Below are positions 30,801-40,287 of a stretch of DNA of 64,000 nt, piece by piece. This stretch comes from a virus: positions 32,001 through 96,000 of IMG/VR virus record IMGVR_UViG_3300029374_000001; one strand, 5' to 3'. Below the pieces are notes generated by a model. That model did not search any database, had not been told where the DNA came from, and saw only the letters and a list, made by a program, of their open reading frames with translations. Position 1 is the first letter of the stretch; each line of letters begins with the position of its first letter. The position numbers and the translations under genes are program-made.

Positions 30801-33800
30801 AGGATCAACTGTTTTAACTATAGTTTTAGTCGGAGTCTCATTCTCTATAGTTACAAAACTTGTACGACCAATTTTAATATTGACTTCTGTATCGGTAATT
30901 TTATATTCATTATCGGTTCCGGTTGTTTCTACTCCTGTCATAGCCACTTCGAACTTATAGGTTGGTTTGAGTACAACAGTAATCTTATCATCTACATTGA
31001 CAGACGTATCTCCATTATGTAGTTCTCTACCATCATCTACAGCTTTGACTGTAACTCCTGCTATTTCTCCAGAGATATTAATCTTGGATGGAGTAAACTT
31101 AGGCACAGCTTTGACTTCAACAGTATCTTCATCTGCAATATATTTATTTCCAGATACTAACGTAGCACCAGTAACAACGATGTTATGTGTGGTTGCATTA
31201 TTAGAGCCTTTATAAAGAATATAGAATGAAGCTGTCTTTCTGATTGTATCGGAATTCGGGAATGTACTAATTGCTGTAGATATATTGTCTGCTGTACAAA
31301 CTGCCAATACATCTGTGGTCTGATTATTGATAGTAACAAACGGATGAAGCTCAACATCAATAACTACATTAGTCGCTTTAACCTTATAACAGTTTTCGTT
31401 AAGAGGATCTGCTTCCAAACCAGTAGTTGTACTTAACTTATAGCCTTCTTCCGGTATAATCTTAAGTATATCCAGTATCTTTACAGTCGTATCTCCATCA
31501 ACTACAGGAGTACTAGACGGATGCTTAGTTACGGTAACATGAGTTGAATTGGGAATATGAACAGTAACCTGTTTCTCTACAGCAATAATACTTACGACAT
31601 TCGATCTAACTTGATAAGTATTCCCAGATACTAAATCAGCACCAGTAATTTCTACATTGCACTTGAGTTCATCATCAGAATTCTTAAATTCAAGAGTGAA
31701 TTGATCGGTAACACGAAGAGTATTATTATTCGGGAAAGTTGTTATTTCCTGAATCGGAGGTCTTACTGTTTTGACTTTGAATATACCAGATGGTAGTACA
31801 TCAATAGAAGCAAACTCGAGTTCTTCCAATTCGATATTTACATTATATCCTGTAATCTTATAAATACCATTATCTGCATCTGCAACTTCCATACCAACAA
31901 TCGTATCATTCTTAAGCTTATATGGATATTTAGGAATAACCTTAAGCTGATTATTGATCTGCTGACTAAAATCGTTGTTATGAATCTGCTCATTTCCAGG
32001 AACAGTAAACACATCAACATGAGCTTCATCAGGAATATGAATAATAACTTTGTCTCGTTTACATTCTACTTTAGGATTAAGTCCGGTAATCTTATAAATA
32101 GACTGACCAGCATCTACAACTTCAATATCAGCGATCTTAGCCAGATCAACTGCGAATCCTAATTTAGGAAGAATCTTAATCTGAGTACCTATCTCTAATT
32201 GATCTGAAGTATGATATTCGGTATCGCCAGCTACATTAGTGACTTTAACTTCATCAGCAGATTCATTAGTGACTATGGTTAGCGTTCCTTTGGCAACTGT
32301 TACATTGATCATAACCGTTGTCGGAAGCGGATCATTAAATTTATAGATATTATTAAATCCAGTATCAGTAGCTCCTGTTACAGTAAACGAGTAGAATGAG
32401 TGATCTAATCCATCTTTCAAATATACACGAATAGAGTGGCTCAAACTACTAAAATTATATGAAGAACTATCTGGAAGCGTTAACTCTATCGCTCCATATT
32501 CATCCATTACTTTAAGGAGTTCTGGATGGTTAGAGTCAATCGTAATTGGAGTGCGATCTTCTATTAATATAGTAGGATTACCATCACCGGTTACTTTATA
32601 TGTATACTTATTTCCTACATGAGAAATTTGAGTTAAACAATTAATAGTGGGAACAAATTTCGAATCAATAACTTTAACAACAACAATTTCGTCTTTTGCT
32701 ATATAATCCGAACTTTCTAATGTATCTGTTTCATTTTCTCTGAATACTTCAGCACTACCAGGAGTACTAATAGTAATCTGTATTTCAAAGACATCATCTT
32801 TAAGTGTTGTTGTAAATACGGCACTAGGATGCACCAGTTTATAAGCAACAAAATCACCTTCTGGTCCAACCAATTCAATACCAGAAGATTGATCATCGTC
32901 TAATTTTACATACTTATGGAATTTAACGTAGATCTTAGTACCCAATTCAAATTCTGGATTAGTATCTGGGTCAATCGGAGGATCTCCAGGAGTTGTCGAT
33001 TTATACAGAGTAATTTCGCCATCATCAATTCCACAGGTAGCATTAACGGTAATATGAGCTTTCTTCTTTTCCGTCATAACTTTACATTCCGGACCAGTCA
33101 ACACCCAATGTTCCCCATCCTGTGTTGCATTGGTTATGGATGTAATCTCCCAGAGTTCTTGTAATTCTGTTGTCTTGAATATGGCTTTAACCTTTTCGCC
33201 AACATGAATACTCTGATCTGGGAAAACAGATATGATTCTATTACCATCTTCTACAGCCAATACATGTATCTGATCGGTATGCTCTACATCCAATTTAACC
33301 TTATCTGTTTCTGTAGGATATGGAATAGTAATAGAGGTTGCTGTGATATCTGGATTAATCTTAAATGTATATATCGGAAGATGAGTATCTGTTTGTTCTT
33401 CAGTATTAATCAAAGTACAATCTGTGATACTATTGGCTTCATATTTAAAGAATTTCTTTTTTAGCTTAATTTTAAACGTATTTCCTGCTTTGAGGACAGT
33501 ACCATCAGGAAGCACAGATCCATCATCTTTTAATACTTCATAGACAACATCGTTCGGAGTAGGAATATTAACAGTTACATTTACTTCTGCCTTAGAAGCA
33601 ATCGTTGGATCTGGTCCGGTTATAGTAAATACACCGGAATCATAAGTAACATCTTTACATCTATCCAAGTCTACTTTATATTTAGGATCTTTCGGAACAA
33701 ATTTCATTTTTGTTCCAATAGGATAAGCATCGTCCGGATTATATACCTGCAAAGCATTGTCTGGGTCAACAAGATCGAATTCTTCTTCCGTAGAAGATGG

Positions 33801-36800
33801 AGACGACTTCAAAATATGTAATACACCTTTGGTCAGAGTAACGGTAATATGTACATCCTCTTCTATAGGATGCTCTGCTTCTCTATATTGACCAGGTCCA
33901 TATTCAATTACACCAGTGGCTGTTATCTCATAACAACGAGGATCAAATTCGTCTTTTAATTCGATACTCAACTGCACATTCATATATTTACGGAATGTGG
34001 TATTATCCGGAAGAGTCAATACTGGTCCTGTAGAATCATCCTTTCTAACAACGATCCAATCTGGATGATTGGAGTCTATAAGGACTGGAGTATGATCATT
34101 GAATGAAATATTTGGGGATCCGCCAGAAAGAACTTTAAATTTATATGTATTATTCTCATGAGAAATCAGTTCTAACTCTGTCACATCAGGAACAATTTTC
34201 GGATCTTCTACTTTAGCTACAATGATTTCATCTTTTTCTACATAATAATGGTTTTCTATAAGTGTAGTTTCATCCGCTCTATAAACATGCCCTATTCCAT
34301 CAGTAGCATTATCTACAGTCAGCATGTAAGTATTAGCTTTTAACTTAGTATAAAGTGTACATCCTTCTCCTTTAAGAGTGTAACAGACGACATCATCTCG
34401 TTCATCCGTATATACTATTAAATTAGAATTATCTGTATCAACTTCTACCCACTTACATAACCGGAAGAAAATACGATCATCTTTTGCAAAATTAATCAGA
34501 TTAATATTAGGTATTACTTCACTTTCTAACCCATCTATGCTTTGATAGAAAACGATTTCTTTGGGATCATTGCCACCCGCTGTATATACAGTAAGACGGA
34601 AAGATTTCTCTACTATAATATTACATGGATCACCAGTAGACTGCCAAATTCCATCACTAACTCTCGATCCATTGAAAACATCTTTGACTTTCCATTCAGA
34701 GAATTCTGGTTTGAAGTCTATTTTAAACTGTTCTCCAGTATGTAAACTATTGTTAGGGAAAGTAGTTATTAGTCTATTACCATCTTCTATAGCGGTGACT
34801 GTCAGCTTATCTGAATTGCCATCTGGAAGTATATTCAGGGTTATCTTTGCACTCTCTGTAGGCGAAGGAATAGTAATGGAATCTTCTACAATATCTTCTT
34901 TAATCGTGAAGGTATATATAGGAATATTGTGTTCGCCATAATATGATGTAGAAGAAAGTGTACAGTCGATTATGCTATCGCTTTCATATTTGCAGAACCT
35001 ATTAATCATTTTAATTTTGAATGATTGTCCAGATTTCAATACTGTACCATCTGTAATAGGAGTATCATCTGCTTGAAGAACAGTATATTTAGTATCATCA
35101 GGGCTAGGAATATAAACAGTTACATTTTTAGGCTTAGGCACAGCCTTTACTGTAGGATTAGCACCTGTAATTTTATAAATATATGTACGGTTATTTACCC
35201 CATTTTCTACAAATTCGGTATTAGTGACTTTGATAGCATAGTCTTCGGGATGTTCTATAGTATAATCATAGGTTACTCTGAATTTTTCTCCTATATGAAG
35301 AATATCTTCTGGGAAATCGGTCTCTATAGTGGATATTGTAATAATACCTGGAGTAAGATTATTTAAATGAGCTTTAGGAGTTTCAGCCCATGTCAGTTTT
35401 ACTTCTGTAGCATCTTCACTAACTTTATATATATTTTGATAACCAGGGCTCTCACTTATCGTATCAAGCCCAACTGCTTCAGTTATAGTTATAAATTTAT
35501 TACGATATCTAAATATAATTCGTTCGTCTTCATAGATGAGGTCATTATCCTCAACGCCTCGACCTATACTATCATTGTATACAGCATTATTATATTCATC
35601 AGGACCCGATAATCTGATATGAAGAGGTGGTTTTTTAGGAGCAGTTTTTACATTTACATTCATTCCAATTACTTTGTAATAAGAACCGAAGTTCTGATCT
35701 TCAAGTCCAGTATGTATTATTTTAAAAGCTCTAGTGGTCTCCGTATACCCTTTAATATACATTGTAATTTGATTATCAAGTCGTACATGAGTATTATCTG
35801 GATATGTAGATAACGTAACCTGAGGATACTGTGTAGTGCTAATTACAATTTGATCGGGGTTCTCATTAGTAATAGTAACAAAAGGTGCCGCTTTTGTAGC
35901 TACTGTAGGATTAAGACCAGTAACTTTATATGTATTTATATTAGGATCAACAAGTTCTAAATCTACAAATCTATCCTGATCAATTATAAAGTTATCTTTA
36001 GGAATGACTCTAATTATCTTATCTAATGCGAGTATGGCTCCATCTGGATATTTTTTATTAACCTCAGCAGGATCATATACTCCACATTCTTCTTCTGTAA
36101 CTCCTGGAGCAGATTTCAATATATGTAACTTATAGTCGGTTACTTCTGTTACATTAATGATACATTCAGGAGAAGTTGCGTAATAATAATCTTCGCCCAT
36201 GTGTACCGCATTTTGGACACTTTCGATTTTATATCCAGTAACACCGTAATTACCCTTAAAAGAAATTTTAACAACTTCGAACTGACTAAACCAGGTAGGA
36301 TCTGATGGAAGTGAGTCTGCAGTTACATGATTTATGTGCGATTCTACCGTCACTTTATCATTATACTTATTTGCGTTAGTTTTAAATACAGTACTAGGTG
36401 TAGGCTGCGGAGGTTTTAATACAATTGTAGTTAAATCCTCTTCTTCATTAATCCTGACATTATAATCTTTTCGCAAGTCATAAGGATCGTCGTCGGTATT
36501 CCAAAAAGTCTGGCTAACCAGTGTAGTATGTTCGGGCATGTCTTTTAAATCGACATTATCGCGTGCTAATCGTATTTTGATTATACTACCAACTGGCAAC
36601 ATGTCATTATTGCTAATAAGACCTCCGTCAGCAACACGATATTCAACATTATAATTTGACGGATCTTGTATTACAATTTTAACTTTACCAGCATATTTTA
36701 TATTGAAAAAAGGATTATTATCTGTTATTCTATATAAATTTGCCGATTTGTCCACTAATTCTATAAACTGTGAATTATCTGGATCAAACGCATAATTTTC

Positions 36801-37499
36801 ATTCATTGTTGCATGGAAGAAATTATGCTTATAGAATACAACATCTCCCGTATGAACAACTTTATTATTATCATACGGATTTGTAATTACAATATTAGCC
36901 TTTGAATTGTTTACTATAGTAAACGGAGTTTTAGGATCTTGGTCTATACTTGTTAACTCCACTTTCTGGTAGTTTAATTGTATTTCACCATAATCTGTAA
37001 TTGTTTTAGCCTTTGTCCAAGTAATAGAGTCGGGCTCGTGTGCTTCTGTATCATATCTTTGTATGTTAGACGACGCGGTTGGGGCAAAATGAATTTTATC
37101 TCCTATGTGGAGAATAGTACTCGGCGTTACTTCTTGATTATTCGCAGTTTCGACTCGTTCTTTTACGCCATTTATGGTAAGTTCTACTCTTGGGGTAGCT
37201 TCGTCTTTTCTTTTCCACCCAATCACCAAGTCCTTGTTTTTGTCGATTTGATAAACACTGAGATTTGGTTCTATTTCTTTTACTTTTGTTAAGCAGTTAT
37301 TATAAAAATATAGTTCTTCTTGATCATTACCAATCCATCTGATGACTATTTTTTCGTTATTAATAGTATCTTCTTCATGAATTTGCGTATCATCATAGGG
37401 GGGGTATTGAAAAAGCTTATAATGAGAATTGTCTCCAAAAGCTTTTTTAATTATTTTTGACATTAGCACATCACCTCTTTTATTACTCGTAAGGACCAA
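27873..37499 (-). CDS. giant 3208-aa fibre/adhesin-like protein built from dozens of alternating Ig-like repeats
   Basis: single uninterrupted 9.6-kb ORF; periodic 'VTVHIP..(T/E)HV.V..VP....IHNGDT...KI.PK.GYKL......G..V.DA.NGIYKIT' / 'PFVTINN....LL.V.TV.P.EE.TTFPCSDK' modules. Confidence 0.6.
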   Translation of the reverse strand: MVLTSNKRGDVLMSKIIKKAFGDNSHYKLFQYPPYDDTQIHEEDTINNEKIVIRWIGNDQEELYFYNNCLTKVKEIEPNLSVYQIDKNKDLVIGWKRKDEATPRVELTINGVKERVETANNQEVTPSTILHIGDKIHFAPTASSNIQRYDTEAHEPDSITWTKAKTITDYGEIQLNYQKVELTSIDQDPKTPFTIVNNSKANIVITNPYDNNKVVHTGDVVFYKHNFFHATMNENYAFDPDNSQFIELVDKSANLYRITDNNPFFNIKYAGKVKIVIQDPSNYNVEYRVADGGLISNNDMLPVGSIIKIRLARDNVDLKDMPEHTTLVSQTFWNTDDDPYDLRKDYNVRINEEEDLTTIVLKPPQPTPSTVFKTNANKYNDKVTVESHINHVTADSLPSDPTWFSQFEVVKISFKGNYGVTGYKIESVQNAVHMGEDYYYATSPECIINVTEVTDYKLHILKSAPGVTEEECGVYDPAEVNKKYPDGAILALDKIIRVIPKDNFIIDQDRFVDLELVDPNINTYKVTGLNPTVATKAAPFVTITNENPDQIVISTTQYPQVTLSTYPDNTHVRLDNQITMYIKGYTETTRAFKIIHTGLEDQNFGSYYKVIGMNVNVKTAPKKPPLHIRLSGPDEYNNAVYNDSIGRGVEDNDLIYEDERIIFRYRNKFITITEAVGLDTISESPGYQNIYKVSEDATEVKLTWAETPKAHLNNLTPGIITISTIETDFPEDILHIGEKFRVTYDYTIEHPEDYAIKVTNTEFVENGVNNRTYIYKITGANPTVKAVPKPKNVTVYIPSPDDTKYTVLQADDTPITDGTVLKSGQSFKIKMINRFCKYESDSIIDCTLSSTSYYGEHNIPIYTFTIKEDIVEDSITIPSPTESAKITLNILPDGNSDKLTVTAIEDGNRLITTFPNNSLHTGEQFKIDFKPEFSEWKVKDVFNGSRVSDGIWQSTGDPCNIIVEKSFRLTVYTAGGNDPKEIVFYQSIDGLESEVIPNINLINFAKDDRIFFRLCKWVEVDTDNSNLIVYTDERDDVVCYTLKGEGCTLYTKLKANTYMLTVDNATDGIGHVYRADETTLIENHYYVEKDEIIVAKVEDPKIVPDVTELELISHENNTYKFKVLSGGSPNISFNDHTPVLIDSNHPDWIVVRKDDSTGPVLTLPDNTTFRKYMNVQLSIELKDEFDPRCYEITATGVIEYGPGQYREAEHPIEEDVHITVTLTKGVLHILKSSPSSTEEEFDLVDPDNALQVYNPDDAYPIGTKMKFVPKDPKYKVDLDRCKDVTYDSGVFTITGPDPTIASKAEVNVTVNIPTPNDVVYEVLKDDGSVLPDGTVLKAGNTFKIKLKKKFFKYEANSITDCTLINTEEQTDTHLPIYTFKINPDITATSITIPYPTETDKVKLDVEHTDQIHVLAVEDGNRIISVFPDQSIHVGEKVKAIFKTTELQELWEITSITNATQDGEHWVLTGPECKVMTEKKKAHITVNATCGIDDGEITLYKSTTPGDPPIDPDTNPEFELGTKIYVKFHKYVKLDDDQSSGIELVGPEGDFVAYKLVHPSAVFTTTLKDDVFEIQITISTPGSAEVFRENETDTLESSDYIAKDEIVVVKVIDSKFVPTINCLTQISHVGNKYTYKVTGDGNPTILIEDRTPITIDSNHPELLKVMDEYGAIELTLPDSSSYNFSSLSHSIRVYLKDGLDHSFYSFTVTGATDTGFNNIYKFNDPLPTTVMINVTVAKGTLTIVTNESADEVKVTNVAGDTEYHTSDQLEIGTQIKILPKLGFAVDLAKIADIEVVDAGQSIYKITGLNPKVECKRDKVIIHIPDEAHVDVFTVPGNEQIHNNDFSQQINNQLKVIPKYPYKLKNDTIVGMEVADADNGIYKITGYNVNIELEELEFASIDVLPSGIFKVKTVRPPIQEITTFPNNNTLRVTDQFTLEFKNSDDELKCNVEITGADLVSGNTYQVRSNVVSIIAVEKQVTVHIPNSTHVTVTKHPSSTPVVDGDTTVKILDILKIIPEEGYKLSTTTGLEADPLNENCYKVKATNVVIDVELHPFVTINNQTTDVLAVCTADNISTAISTFPNSDTIRKTASFYILYKGSNNATTHNIVVTGATLVSGNKYIADEDTVEVKAVPKFTPSKINISGEIAGVTVKAVDDGRELHNGDTSVNVDDKITVVLKPTYKFEVAMTGVETTGTDNEYKITDTEVNIKIGRTSFVTIENETPTKTIVKTVDPEEELTVFPCSDKVRKGANISVDFRSPYTSTDYNLDVEGAVPHSPGIFTVKEDTVHISAYKRNITIRIVGGTSYVSLFDSSDSPLPNGSTAHPNSYFKIQKTNANVQYTVTGANVDAGHVGTDELNAYYLVDKFADEVVINVRGQRITIDNLSKEMLAIKTVDPVEEITTFPCSDKLYIDDEFTVDFKVADKANYYDVIATNATLVSGNKYKVTADNVTVKSKHKLIELTTNNVGHSCYNIYDSPITTAYVFTVGEVFKVIKNNRFVTITVTGAERIPDHPAATDLIEVYRVIDNTTSVVVTGTEVPYITIDNESTALLTIKTINPDMEINTFPCNDKLHEGQLFSVTFKDPADAAQYTISVVGANHTTGEQYTPTANSITVKAVRKVVIHIPDETHVQVTKVPENTPIHNNDNTLSIDSQIKIVAIPKWEYKLKPVAGATVVDADNGIYKITAVDVTIEAEPVPFITINNNNQDIVAVYTKPGNGGRITVFPCTDKVHQNQDIYVKYVNEATQKPVYDISVVGATANTEEYSYKAGAVDITVSASRKVLSATIHIGHAEHVTVKAVDDGRELHDGDTSVSTTQFITITPKSYWHMKPALLRGLEATSEANKFMVVEREVFIDVEEDPTVTINNLKSALLKIEVGAQTLNTFPDSTHLHMNEEFVISFFDSSLDPKYDLNVTGATFIATVGNKHKYKVSSSNVVVGAELKPVPATINIIGDTNIDVTTVPAGVAIHNGDTSQFVGNKLKIVPKHGYKLKLPLTGIVVEDASNNIYKIMDENVTIEAVLIPFVTINNDSIDLLKVVTTSVPSEELTVFPCSDKVHEDENFIVSFKLASNAAKYDIIVTGATRVAGNIYKATTANITVKAEAKFPPATIHIIDGDHVDVADATSGRVILDNDTLMFVGDTITVIPKSGYRLKQKVGLELLSKPSKLYKIANASVTIEVEEIPTPPAPPPGSTHNAILWYLKSLFYDGV

Positions 37500-37671
37500 A
37501 TGCCTCTTCTATTGTAGCATATGCTTCTTCTATTTTTTGTTTAAGTTTAGCATATGCTTCATTGTCCTTATAAACTATATCATCAAACCACTCTTGCATA
37601 GATGGAGATAATTGATCATATCTTACTCTTCGAATTTCTTTTTCTTCGTTAGTCATACTGATCATCTCCAA
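37483..37671 (-). CDS. small protein (62 aa)
   Basis: ORF with GGAGA RBS; overlaps the giant gene start by 17 nt. Confidence 0.4.
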   Translation of the reverse strand: MEMISMTNEEKEIRRVRYDQLSPSMQEWFDDIVYKDNEAYAKLKQKIEEAYATIEEAFGPYE

Positions 37672-38598
37672 TTATGAAGAACGATACCATGCATAAATAG
37701 GTACTCGTAATGGAGCTATTTCAAATTCTTTTCCTTCTCCTGCGCTATCTGTAGTAAAGGTATGAGCATGTTGCCCAGCATTATCTACAGAAAAATCCAC
37801 ATCGCCCCACCAATCATCACCACCAAAAGGACATATTTCTGGTTTATTAATACCAGCAGAGGTATCTGGGTCAAATTTGGCGTGTAAAGTATGACTATGA
37901 ATTCCATCCGCAGAAGTACTGCCGGTATGAGAATGGGCCGGCATATTGGCCGCATTCAGTTTAACTTTGTTCGATCCTTCTCTAACAGTAGAAGCATTGA
38001 TGTCGCCCATATCGGCTCCAGTAGCATACAGATAAGCTCCTTTAATCTGTACCCATATTCCATAACCAATTACATTGGCTGGATTGCCTGGTTTAGTTGT
38101 CATATAGATACTGCCAATTGGATAAGCAGATTCTTCTGTCAATAGTTTCTTAAATGGTTGATTGTTGACTTTTATATCACTATTTCCGCCACGAACTCTA
38201 ATGTCGCCACCATTCTGATCTATCCAGATCTGTGTAGATTCATTAGAACTTGTTCCTGGCTCTCCATAGGGTATATTCAATAATTGCCCGTATTGCTTAG
38301 GCTGTTTATTGATCTTTCCATCAATAGAGTAATTAATAATACAAAATCCTAATTTATTCCAACCTTGATTAGATGTATCGGCCGGGACATAGTTGGTTGG
38401 ATATCTATGTAATGCCTGCCAGATTTTATCTTTCTGGATATAGTTGTCTAATGTTTGATCTAATTTTCCATCAATTTTTTGCAGCTTGTCAATTAAGACA
38501 AGCAGATCTGATAGTTTCACTTTGTTTTTCAATAGAGCTTGTAATGAGGGTGATAAATCCTCATAAATAAGTTTATTTTCTTTATCAAATCCTGCCAT
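37672..38598 (-). CDS. tail fibre protein with a C-terminal phage tail-collar domain. The start is corrected to the ATG at 38598 (MAGFDKEN...)
   Basis: RBS AAAGGAGG seven nt upstream of the ATG at 38598. The C-terminus 'SNKVKLNAANMPAHSHTG...HSHT' matches the collar-domain '..LT..QMP.H.H.' signature. The 124-codon N-terminal extension in the ORF track crosses the divergent promoter. Confidence 0.6.
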   Translation of the reverse strand: MAGFDKENKLIYEDLSPSLQALLKNKVKLSDLLVLIDKLQKIDGKLDQTLDNYIQKDKIWQALHRYPTNYVPADTSNQGWNKLGFCIINYSIDGKINKQPKQYGQLLNIPYGEPGTSSNESTQIWIDQNGGDIRVRGGNSDIKVNNQPFKKLLTEESAYPIGSIYMTTKPGNPANVIGYGIWVQIKGAYLYATGADMGDINASTVREGSNKVKLNAANMPAHSHTGSTSADGIHSHTLHAKFDPDTSAGINKPEICPFGGDDWWGDVDFSVDNAGQHAHTFTTDSAGEGKEFEIAPLRVPIYAWYRSS

Positions 38599-38640
38599 AG
38601 GATACCTCCTTTTTGAGCGTATTTCAATAGCTTTAGCTTC

Positions 38641-38703
38641 GATTACTACTATGTTAGTATGGGCACTTTTGCACTTGACATAGTAGTAATCCGGCATATA
38701 GAT
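38641..38703. promoter_or_regulatory. divergent control region. 13-bp inverted repeat GATTACTACTATG...CATAGTAGTAATC flanks and overlaps a TTGACA (38675-38680)-N16-TATAGAT (38697-38703) promoter reading toward 38741
   Basis: arms at 38641-38653 and 38679-38691; sigma-A-like hexamers; between divergent genes 38598(-) and 38741(+). Confidence 0.45.
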
Positions 38704-38740
38704 GCCGTTATAATTTTGAGAAAGGGGGTATATTATTGAA

Positions 38741-39757
38741 ATGACAGAAATTCGTAAACTTAAATCGTTAACCAAAAGAACCTGTAAAAAACGGCTAAAA
38801 TTGCCATTAAATATTTTAATGGTTATTATACCAATTATCTGCTTATATTTTACGGTCGTTCTTACCTTTGATAACTTAGATTCTATTAAAAAAGATATCG
38901 GATATAATGTAGATCGTATGCAGCATAGCAAAGCAGAAAATATAGAATATATCTTGCATAATCGAATCAATCAAGGCAAGATGCAAAATGAGTTTATTTC
39001 TAGTGCGATTAAACTTCATTTGACTGATGAGAATAAGAGATTATTGGCAGACTCCATTAACCGTAATGAAACAGATATTATATCCCAAGACTTGACCCGT
39101 ATATTAAGTCGTATTACCATATACGATATGAAAATAACAAAAATGTTTAATATAAATTTAACGGATCATATCTTGTTTATTTCCAATAAATATGGTATAC
39201 TGGATATAAAAGATATAGGAACTCTATATCCTCATACCGAACTGATCCCTTGGTCTGAGATAGTTAATAATAAGATCAATAAAACATTGGCTCAAAATGC
39301 AATCTTTGAGCTATTATCAAACAGACATAATTTAATTTTTTGGGAATCTGATGTGGCTACACAAAATCGGTTTATTATAGGCATTACTAATCCGAATAAG
39401 TATAGCCTAGAAAGTATTATTCATGCAACCCCAACTAGAGAACTAATCAACTATAATATCCTTGTACCTATTTATGTATCTTTAAATGACAGTCCTGATG
39501 ACTATGATTTTATCATAGTCAGAGAAATCAATGTTTTTTATGCGATTAAGCCGTTCATATATGATATCAATCGGTACGATTTTTTAATAGATGAGTATAA
39601 GTATAATATGAATGCATTGTTATTCTTAACAGCCTTCATAGGAACACTTATTTCGTTGCTCCTGCTTGGATGTATTTTGGTTGGCGTTATGAGTTCTAAT
39701 ATATATATCAGACACACCAAACATCGAACAGGTGGTGATGTACATGCCGCAGAATGA
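38741..39757 (+). CDS. bitopic membrane protein (338 aa): basic N-terminus, TM1, ~240-aa extracytoplasmic domain, C-terminal TM2
   Basis: RBS AAAGGGGG; hydrophobic segments 'LNILMVIIPIICLYFTVVLTF' and 'LLFLTAFIGTLISLLLLGCILVGVM'. Confidence 0.5.
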   Translation: MTEIRKLKSLTKRTCKKRLKLPLNILMVIIPIICLYFTVVLTFDNLDSIKKDIGYNVDRMQHSKAENIEYILHNRINQGKMQNEFISSAIKLHLTDENKRLLADSINRNETDIISQDLTRILSRITIYDMKITKMFNINLTDHILFISNKYGILDIKDIGTLYPHTELIPWSEIVNNKINKTLAQNAIFELLSNRHNLIFWESDVATQNRFIIGITNPNKYSLESIIHATPTRELINYNILVPIYVSLNDSPDDYDFIIVREINVFYAIKPFIYDINRYDFLIDEYKYNMNALLFLTAFIGTLISLLLLGCILVGVMSSNIYIRHTKHRTGGDVHAAE

Positions 39758-40238
39758 CGCAGAATTATGGGAAGAGATATTTACAATTGTCACTATTCTT
39801 ATTTTTGCGTTAATTGGGAGCTTTTTGAAAGGCTATGTATCGAAAGTCATTGACCAAAGAAAATTCAAACTCAGTGAAGTATTCATATCTACTATTATGA
39901 GTACACTGATTTCTTATTATATTGCTTATCCTTTATGTAAACGGTATGAGCTCGGTGTAAAAGCTCTTACTGGTATTATTATTCTGATTGGATTTTTAGG
40001 ATACAATTTAACAGAAACTATTCTAAAAATAGTAAAAGAAATTCATACATTAAAACCAAAAGGTATTATTATAATCATTATCGGATTCTTACTGAAACTG
40101 ATTGGATTAAATATCAATATCAAAGAGCTCATAGAAGAACATAGAAAGAATCCAACTTCTGATGTACATGATAACCATTATACTACAATTAATAATACAT
40201 ATATCCAAACAGACAATCATTCTAAGACTAATAAATAA
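39732..40238 (+). CDS. 4-TM small membrane protein (168 aa) with a charged hydrophilic C-terminal tail; holin-like
   Basis: four hydrophobic helices then 'EEHRKNPTSDVHDNHY...KTNK'; overlaps the upstream gene. Confidence 0.4.
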   Translation: MVMYMPQNDAELWEEIFTIVTILIFALIGSFLKGYVSKVIDQRKFKLSEVFISTIMSTLISYYIAYPLCKRYELGVKALTGIIILIGFLGYNLTETILKIVKEIHTLKPKGIIIIIIGFLLKLIGLNINIKELIEEHRKNPTSDVHDNHYTTINNTYIQTDNHSKTNK

Positions 40239-40287
40239 TGGTCTCTAAAACATACAGGTAATAGTGACCTATTAAAGGAGGAATATA

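Noticed and set aside
37672-38970. 432-aa version of the tail-collar gene starting at 38970
   Set aside because: The N-terminal 124 codons cross the divergent promoter and overlap gene 38741. A perfect AAAGGAGG-ATG is at 38598.
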